25,245 bases of DNA from NCBI GenBank assembly GCA_051887795.1, contig JBJFAG010000010.1, positions 1 to 25,245 on the forward strand, given 5' to 3'. The translations under genes were made by a program, and so were the position numbers. Every line of letters starts with the position of its first letter. Positions within the stretch are counted from its first letter, which is position 1. The DNA comes from Candidatus Coproplasma sp. (GTDB taxonomy: Bacteria; Bacillota; Clostridia; Christensenellales; Borkfalkiaceae). Below are positions 16,960 through 23,384 of this stretch, piece after piece. The notes under the pieces are model-generated. The model ran no database searches. It was not told the DNA's origin and worked only from the letters and a program-made list of their open reading frames with translations.

Positions 16960-18932
16960 CAGCCGTTCGCCTCTTCAATGGGGGTATGTTCTGCCAATAC
17001 CGTCTGGCTTTCGGCATTTACGGTATACAGCTTATTTATATAGTGCTGTAAAAGTGCAAGGGCAACTACGTTTAAGGGCAGAAGGGGCAGGATTACCGCA
17101 AAGGCTATCATCACAATGCGTGCGGTGCCAAGCTTTTTGCCCTGCAATACGCCGACGCCGTCCGCCTTTGCCTTTTCAGCGATAATGCCCGAAAGTTTTA
17201 ATATGGTTGCAACGGAGAAGAAGGGGACGAAGCAGGAGGCGAGCCACCATGCCCAGGATTTGAGCTTTGCACCCGTAACTTCCTTTATGGATTTAAATAG
17301 GAAGCCCAGCCAGATAAATCCGAAGATAAAGCCCGAGAGGATTGACAGGCCTACCTGTACGAAGATTATTTCACCCTTTTCTTCCTTTTCATGGAATTTT
17401 TCGTCCCTTTCTATCTGCGATAAATCAATGTCGGGGTGAAGCTTTTTCAGCTCTTTTGCGACGTTTTCAGGCGTGTAATCTCTCGGCATTTTCCTTGCGA
17501 GAATTGCGCCTAAAATACAGGTAAACGCCACGATGAAGGGGACTAAAATAGTGCCGAGGTTAAACACCTGGGTGTTGGGCGCGCCGAACGCCTCCGCCGC
17601 AACGTCTATTGCAGAGACGACTTCGCCGTCCACAATCTTACTCGTCGCCCACTGCACGCCGGGAACGCCTTTGCAGATGAACAGGTTTTTAATCAGCTCA
17701 TAGATGAGCGAACCTGAAATTGCGCTTGCAATGGAGGTGCAGACCGCATTGCCTGCAAAATACATTGCGGAGTGGTTTTTGTGTGTAAGCTTTTCCTCCA
17801 CGCTGGAGATCTGGGCGGTGATATGATAGGGCATCATGAAGAATGCGCCGATTGCCCAGCTGCCGCAGAAACCGCCCAGACAGCCGAGGACGTATTGCAG
17901 TACCTTGTTGTCGGGGCCTACCACGAAAATCGAGCCGAAGAAGAAGTTTAAAATTGCAATGGCAAAAGCAATCAGGCAGGTCTGGTAGGTAAACCTTATT
18001 CCCTTTTTGGCCTTAAGCTTGTTGAACAGGTACAGCATAATGGGTACGGGTGCGAAAGCGCAGGTGTTGAGAATTGCCATCTCCATGCCGTTCATGCCCA
18101 TACCGCCCAGGATAAGCACGTTCATACTTACAAGGAACATCTGCAGCCCGAAGTAGGTACAGCAGTTTACAAGCTCCCACCGCATAAACACCTTGTTCCT
18201 GAAGGTGAGGCTTAAGCTCTCCTTTAAGGTAACCTTTTCAGGCTTAGCTCCCTGATTTTCGGGGTAATTATACTTGGCGCCCTCTTTAATCATGAACAGG
18301 GGAATTACAAGCGTAAGCATTAAGGGGGAGCAATAATATATAAACTCGTTGATATGCAGCTTTGCACCCGATAAAATTACGGGGACAAGCGCATATACCA
18401 CGCAGTAGGAGATGGTGTCGAAAAAGGCCTTATAGCCCGAAACACGCAGACGCTGCGGCTCGTCCGAACAGGTGGTGGACAGCGAACCGTAGAAGGAGAT
18501 GGTACCCATCGTGTAGGTGGCGAAGAACACTAACGCCCAGAAGATAATCCATATCGTATTGACAAGCTGATTTTCAACCCCGCCAATGGGCAGCCAGCAC
18601 ATTACGTAGGAGAGCGTCATGGGCAGAAGGCATGCTAAAATAGTAGGTCTGCGCCTGCCCCATTTTGTCGACAGCGTATCGGTTACGTGTGCAAAGGGTA
18701 TATCGATAATACCGTCGAACGCCTTGGCAACGGCGTACAGCGCGGGGAATACGGCAGGCAGTATAAAGCAAGCGCCGCTTGCAAACTTCTGAAACTCCCC
18801 TGAGTTTACAAGTGCGGAGGGATTGATTGCGTCCGTGAAGTATGCTCCCATCAGGACCATTAAAAAGTTGGGCCCGAAGCAGGAGAAGGCAAACACAAAC
18901 TCCTTCCACTTTTTGTCTAGTGATTTAACCAT
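16959..18932 (-). CDS. MFS transporter, GPH/MelB (MFS_2) family, with C-terminal membrane extension (DUF4234-like)
   Basis: FDGIIDIPFAHVTD and TKWGRRRP are characteristic of GPH symporters. About 12 TM core, then a charged linker and a ~120-aa hydrophobic extension ending ALLQHYINKL. Confidence 0.8.
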   Translation of the reverse strand: MVKSLDKKWKEFVFAFSCFGPNFLMVLMGAYFTDAINPSALVNSGEFQKFASGACFILPAVFPALYAVAKAFDGIIDIPFAHVTDTLSTKWGRRRPTILACLLPMTLSYVMCWLPIGGVENQLVNTIWIIFWALVFFATYTMGTISFYGSLSTTCSDEPQRLRVSGYKAFFDTISYCVVYALVPVILSGAKLHINEFIYYCSPLMLTLVIPLFMIKEGAKYNYPENQGAKPEKVTLKESLSLTFRNKVFMRWELVNCCTYFGLQMFLVSMNVLILGGMGMNGMEMAILNTCAFAPVPIMLYLFNKLKAKKGIRFTYQTCLIAFAIAILNFFFGSIFVVGPDNKVLQYVLGCLGGFCGSWAIGAFFMMPYHITAQISSVEEKLTHKNHSAMYFAGNAVCTSIASAISGSLIYELIKNLFICKGVPGVQWATSKIVDGEVVSAIDVAAEAFGAPNTQVFNLGTILVPFIVAFTCILGAILARKMPRDYTPENVAKELKKLHPDIDLSQIERDEKFHEKEEKGEIIFVQVGLSILSGFIFGFIWLGFLFKSIKEVTGAKLKSWAWWLASCFVPFFSVATILKLSGIIAEKAKADGVGVLQGKKLGTARIVMIAFAVILPLLPLNVVALALLQHYINKLYTVNAESQTVLAEHTPIEEANG

Positions 18933-18964
18933 TTTTTATATTCTCTCTTTAAATTATTCTCTGG

Positions 18965-20899
18965 TCAGAGCGTAGCTTGCTTTTTTATTACGTCGTAAAA
19001 ATTCTGCGGGGTAAACAGCTTTTCGTCTTCGGGGAAGGAGACTTCGACGTGCAGTTCGGATTTTATGGTGTCAAGCAGTACGAAATAGTCTAAACTGCTT
19101 CCTCCTAAATCGGTAAAGAAATCGGACTGCATTCCCACGTCTTTTTCGTCGATCTGCAGCGCCGTAGCAAAGCACTGCCTGATCTTTTCCTCCAATGCGG
19201 ATAAAACGCCCTCCACGTAGCCGTTTGCGTTGTCTATATCGATTAGGTTAAAACCGCCTGCGGAGTATCTTTTTGCAACCTTTTTTCTGCTGAGTTTAAA
19301 ATCTCCCGGGCCTAAAAGCTCGTCTGCGGTTATGGCAAGCTGCGTAACCACGTCCCTTAAGTTGTTTTCTTTAAGTTTTTCGGCTAACTGTCCGTAAACT
19401 TTTTGAAGCTTTTGGGCAGAGAAGCAATTTTCAATACTTGCAAGCAGGGTGGGCGTTCCGCTTTGGTCTGCAAACAGGCACAGGTTTTTTATGTCGGGTA
19501 CGAATAAACTTGCCTCTATCAGTTCGGGGTTGAGGTTCTCGCCGTTTTTGCAGATAATCAGATCGTCCTTTCTCCCCAGGTTATAGTACCTGCCCTTGCG
19601 TACGCAGACGAGGTCCTTGGTTTCAAACCAGCTGTCAAAGTCGGTAATCAGCTCCTCTTTTCCGTAGACAATGCGGGAGGCCATAGCCCTGCTTCTTACC
19701 AGCAGCTCGCCGTCCTTGGACACGCTGTACTGAGTGGTAGAGAAGGGTGCGCCTATGGAGCCCAAGTTCCTCACTCTGGCGCTCGACGAAGTCTCGACGG
19801 AGGTAATGCCCACTTCTGTCATGCCGAAGCCGTTGGCCATATGGTAACCTATGCCGTTGAAAAAGCGCAATACCTCGCCCGATACGGCGCTGCCCCCCGT
19901 AATTAAAAACTTAATGCTGTCCCCGAATATATTCTCCCTCACCTCTTTGAAGAGGGGTTTTGCAAGCAGCTGGCCGAACCTGCCCGTAGCGTTTACAAAG
20001 TTCAGCGCTCTGCAGAATTTGTTATAGGTCTTTTTGCCCCTCTCTTTAATGGTGCGCATGGCCTTTTTATGTACCGTGTTCCATACAAGGGGTACGGCAA
20101 ATATATGGGTAACCTTATGCTTTTTAATGGTGTTCACCAGCGTCTGGGGGTTCATATCTTTTAAAAACACAAGCGTACGGGAGAAGAAGGTAAACCAAAG
20201 GTATACGGCCGCAAACCCGAAGATATGGTAGAAGGGCATGGCTGCAAGCAGCTTTAATTCCCCCTCGTAATGCTCCTTGAAACGGGGACAGTTTTTAATT
20301 ATCTCCGCACTGCTGCAAATCTGGTGATAGAAGTTCTCCGCAGTATATGCGCACAGCTTTACCGAGCCAGAGGTCCCCGACGACATGAAAAGCACTTCGT
20401 CGCCCCAGACGTCGGGAGTATATTCCCTTCCGCAATCCTTCTCAAAGATTTTATCGGCTGAAAAGGTAGGCACGCCGAAGCTCTGCCCGTCGGATACTAC
20501 TGCGGCAACGCCGTGTTCGGTAAGCGCCTGTTCCAGGACGTTTACGGGCAGACGGGCGTTTAATAAAAGAGGACGGTAACCGCACATAAGAACAGACCAG
20601 AAGGTCTGCAGCCATGCAAGGGAGTTCTGCATATGTAAGCCGATCAGCGAACCCTTTGCAATACCTTTAAAGGCGTCGCTGAAAGCGGTTGCCACCGTCT
20701 TAATCTTATTATCACACTCCCCGTAGGTCACTTTTTTTATGCGATAGCCGTCCGAATATTCTGCAATGACGTTTTCTCTTTCGGAGAACATAAAGTAATA
20801 CAGAGCTTTAAAATCCCTTTCCGACGATTTATAGGCATTGAGCTTGTGTTCGATATACTCATCTACGTCGGAAAAACCGCCAAGGTTGGTTAATTTCAT
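18965..20899 (-). CDS. Acyl-AMP ligase with fused C-terminal carrier domain (A-T didomain)
   Basis: FMSSGTSGSVK P-loop, MPFYHIFG, GFGMTE, WFETKD, GRKDDLI..GENLNPELIE; C-terminal DFFTDLGGSSLD carrier Ser motif; GGAGAG SD. Confidence 0.88.
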   Translation of the reverse strand: MKLTNLGGFSDVDEYIEHKLNAYKSSERDFKALYYFMFSERENVIAEYSDGYRIKKVTYGECDNKIKTVATAFSDAFKGIAKGSLIGLHMQNSLAWLQTFWSVLMCGYRPLLLNARLPVNVLEQALTEHGVAAVVSDGQSFGVPTFSADKIFEKDCGREYTPDVWGDEVLFMSSGTSGSVKLCAYTAENFYHQICSSAEIIKNCPRFKEHYEGELKLLAAMPFYHIFGFAAVYLWFTFFSRTLVFLKDMNPQTLVNTIKKHKVTHIFAVPLVWNTVHKKAMRTIKERGKKTYNKFCRALNFVNATGRFGQLLAKPLFKEVRENIFGDSIKFLITGGSAVSGEVLRFFNGIGYHMANGFGMTEVGITSVETSSSARVRNLGSIGAPFSTTQYSVSKDGELLVRSRAMASRIVYGKEELITDFDSWFETKDLVCVRKGRYYNLGRKDDLIICKNGENLNPELIEASLFVPDIKNLCLFADQSGTPTLLASIENCFSAQKLQKVYGQLAEKLKENNLRDVVTQLAITADELLGPGDFKLSRKKVAKRYSAGGFNLIDIDNANGYVEGVLSALEEKIRQCFATALQIDEKDVGMQSDFFTDLGGSSLDYFVLLDTIKSELHVEVSFPEDEKLFTPQNFYDVIKKQATL

Positions 20900-20926
20900 G
20901 TTCTTCTCTCCAGCAATAAAATCATC

Positions 20927-20974
20927 ATTTCAATGGGGTTGAAATATTTACGTAAATATATTACAAAATATTAC
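20927..20974. promoter_or_regulatory. Candidate operator region in leader of lipid operon
   Basis: IR ATTTCAA-N5-TTGAAAT (20927-20945), perfect 16-bp palindrome ATATTTACGTAAATAT (20944-20959), direct repeats ATATTAC at 20958 and 20968. Confidence 0.45.
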
Positions 20975-20988
20975 GCCAAATCTTTTTT

Positions 20989-21017
20989 ATTTTACTATAT
21001 TCTGCATTTTTCGTCAA
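20989..21017 (-). promoter_or_regulatory. Sigma-A promoter of lipid operon
   Basis: Minus strand TTGACG(21017-21012)-17 nt-TAAAAT(20994-20989). Confidence 0.65.
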
Positions 21018-21105
21018 GCGTATATATTTTAAAAATGCCTATTTTTACGATTGGTATAAGTTACCTTTCAGTGCGGCGCCGTGGCAATATGTGGCGGTGT
21101 AGATA

Positions 21106-21134
21106 TTGACAACGGGCCGATTGGGTTATATAAT
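21106..21134 (+). promoter_or_regulatory. Perfect-consensus sigma-A promoter of cat-TIR unit
   Basis: TTGACA(21106-21111)-17 nt-TATAAT(21129-21134). Confidence 0.85.
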
Positions 21135-21187
21135 AGTTATATAATTTTCAGGCGTGAACGCTTGCCCGTTTGCGTCGGAGGTAGCGT

Positions 21188-21850
21188 ATGCAGATTATAG
21201 ATATTCAGACGTGGAAGAGAAGAGTTCCCTACCTGAACTTTATCAATTACACCAACCCCATATTCTCGCTTTCGACACGGTTGGACGTAACCGCGCTGTA
21301 CGATAGCTGCAAGAAAAGGGGTACGTCGTTCTTTACCGACTTCATGTTCATAGCCGTCACCTGCCTTAACTCTGTTGAGGAGTTCCGCCTTCGTATAAAG
21401 GACGGAAACGTCGTGCTTTACGACAGTATAAGTCCTAGCTATATCGTCATGTCGGACGACGGCGTAATAGTCACGTGCCGCAGTGCAAGCTGTGCCGACT
21501 ATGCAAAGTTTTACGAAAACGCCCGCCGTGATGCGGAGCTGGCAAGGACCAACAAAAAGACCAAGGAGTTTAACGACGGTTCAAACGACGTCTACTATAT
21601 CTCGTGTATGCCCTGGACGGATTTCACCTCGGTGACAAACCCGTACGATTTGAAGGACGCCGAAGCGAGCAGTATACCCCGCCTGACCTGGGGCAAGTAC
21701 ACCGAGGAAAACGGCAGGAAGAGGTTGACAATGGATATAGCCGCACATCATGCGCTTATCGACGGCGAACCCATCTGCAGGGCATTCAACAAAATTCAGT
21801 CCGCCATGGACGATCCCGACAAATTCTTTGCAGAACATACCGCACAATAA
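21188..21850 (+). CDS. cat: Chloramphenicol acetyltransferase (type A CAT) family O-acetyltransferase
   Basis: 220 aa; IDIQTWKRR start, ISCMPWTDFTS, IPRLTWGKY, HHALIDG catalytic motif; GGAGG SD. Substrate is not provable from sequence. Confidence 0.8.
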   Translation: MQIIDIQTWKRRVPYLNFINYTNPIFSLSTRLDVTALYDSCKKRGTSFFTDFMFIAVTCLNSVEEFRLRIKDGNVVLYDSISPSYIVMSDDGVIVTCRSASCADYAKFYENARRDAELARTNKKTKEFNDGSNDVYYISCMPWTDFTSVTNPYDLKDAEASSIPRLTWGKYTEENGRKRLTMDIAAHHALIDGEPICRAFNKIQSAMDDPDKFFAEHTAQ

Positions 21851-21874
21851 ACAGATGATTAAACAGAGGTAAAT

Positions 21875-23218
21875 ATGAAGGATAAAATTTTTATAGCCTG
21901 GAGCGGCTCTAACCTTATTGCTTCAAAGATCAAATCCATACTTGAAACAAAAAACTACAAGTGTACCATAGGCGGTAACTCCGACAACAGCTCTACCTAC
22001 TCTTCGGTAGGCGATACGGTAATCCAGCAGATAAAAAACTGCAATCAGGCGATTGTAATCTTCCAGAACAGGGCGGACGGCAAGGTGAGCAACAACCTGT
22101 TCTTTGAGCTGGGGTACGTGCTTTCGATGTACGGCCAGCAGAAGATACACTGCGTAAAGAGGGCGGACGAGGAAGTAGTGCTGCCTTCCGACTTCGATAA
22201 TTCCTTCGTTGAGCCCATAGTATGCGACAATGACGAGCAATTTGTAGAGGGTATTTTAAAGTACTTCTTTGCCCGTCAGAAGATGTCTATAAATCAGAAC
22301 AAGATGCTGCTGATTAACAACCGCTATCTTATGCACGACTATATTCAAAGACATTTTTCGGAGCAGGGGTCTAAATGTTCGGACTACGAATTGGCGCAAT
22401 ATATCCTGTTCTATATGCAGGCCGCGCAGATGTTCGGCGACGAGGCAAAGGTGTGCAGGGAGCTTAAGCAGTTCAAGGACGACTATCATTCGTATTTTTC
22501 GGACGAGCTGGCAATAGCCGTCGACATTGGCATATCCTACTTTGAATTTTCACAGAACATTCTCATGCGGCCGGACGGGGAATTTTACGTTGAACGCAGC
22601 GTGTTCCGCCGTTTCAGGGACAGCTATATCAAATGCAGGGAAGATTTAGGCGAGGACGACACGGGTATGTTCAGCGAGTGGGCCTACACCTTCATCTCTC
22701 AAAGGCTCAATTACGCCTATATGCTGTTTACCAACAATCCCGAACTGACTGAAGAAAAGTTGGTTAAGAATATCGAACTGAGTAAGGAATGGGGCTTTAC
22801 CGCTTTGAAGGACGTGGAGAGGTTGGAGAGCTATGCGTCGATAAAGGATAACAACGACCATAAGGGCATACTCTCGCTGTTCAGGGCATACCTATACAGA
22901 AATCTGTTCGTCTGCAGCAGAAAACTGCACGACGAAGAGGGGGAGCTGGACTGGCTTATAAAGAGCAAGAAGGAGCGGACCTCGCTTAAAAACAACTTTG
23001 AAATAGGCAGCATAGACTCCCAGCTATACGATAATTTCGCCATGGAGTACTACCTTATCCTTGTGGAATATCTGCACTATGCGGACAGGCTCGGTCTGGA
23101 CGAGGACGACGTTGACGACTACAAGGACGAGATAAAGTGCTATATCGATAAATTCACAAAGCAGGTCAATCACAGCAAATATATCGACCGTATAGCCTCG
23201 CTTTTGAACAAACTATAA
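21875..23218 (+). CDS. TIR-domain protein (CAP12/Pycsar-type nucleotide-binding TIR) with ~300-aa helical C-terminal domain
   Basis: KIFIAWSG beta-A, CNQAIVIF beta-C, SNNLFFELGY with putative catalytic E78, and LPSDF, matching the NVxFElG...lPSD pattern of this TIR clade; GAGG SD. Confidence 0.72.
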   Translation: MKDKIFIAWSGSNLIASKIKSILETKNYKCTIGGNSDNSSTYSSVGDTVIQQIKNCNQAIVIFQNRADGKVSNNLFFELGYVLSMYGQQKIHCVKRADEEVVLPSDFDNSFVEPIVCDNDEQFVEGILKYFFARQKMSINQNKMLLINNRYLMHDYIQRHFSEQGSKCSDYELAQYILFYMQAAQMFGDEAKVCRELKQFKDDYHSYFSDELAIAVDIGISYFEFSQNILMRPDGEFYVERSVFRRFRDSYIKCREDLGEDDTGMFSEWAYTFISQRLNYAYMLFTNNPELTEEKLVKNIELSKEWGFTALKDVERLESYASIKDNNDHKGILSLFRAYLYRNLFVCSRKLHDEEGELDWLIKSKKERTSLKNNFEIGSIDSQLYDNFAMEYYLILVEYLHYADRLGLDEDDVDDYKDEIKCYIDKFTKQVNHSKYIDRIASLLNKL

Positions 23219-23253
23219 TTACAATCTATATCCTGATTTCATATATTTACGTG

Positions 23254-23281
23254 GCGGAGTCTGTTTGCAGTCTCCGCTTTT
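23254..23281 (+). terminator. Intrinsic terminator after TIR gene
   Basis: GCGGAG-t-CTG-tttg-CAG-t-CTCCGC followed by TTTT. Confidence 0.7.
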
Positions 23282-23327
23282 AGTTTGCGGTCAATCTTAA
23301 TTACGGTGACTTTTTATATTGATTTTG

Positions 23328-23356
23328 TTGATATTTTATTACAAATGTTGTATAAT
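23328..23356 (+). promoter_or_regulatory. Sigma-A promoter of final gene
   Basis: TTGATA(23328-23333)-17 nt-TATAAT(23351-23356). Confidence 0.7.
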
Positions 23357-23384
23357 TTATGCAAAAATTTCAGGCGTTTAGTTT

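Noticed and set aside
11835-20899. Classifying the lipid operon as an NRPS/PKS cluster
   Set aside because: No condensation, ketosynthase or terminal reductase domains; the adenylation enzymes look like fatty-acyl ligases.
9019-23218. Functional link between the c-di-GMP enzyme and the TIR protein (TIR-STING style)
   Set aside because: They are over 10 kb apart in separate operons, the GGDEF enzyme is not a CD-NTase, and the TIR C-terminus does not look like STING.
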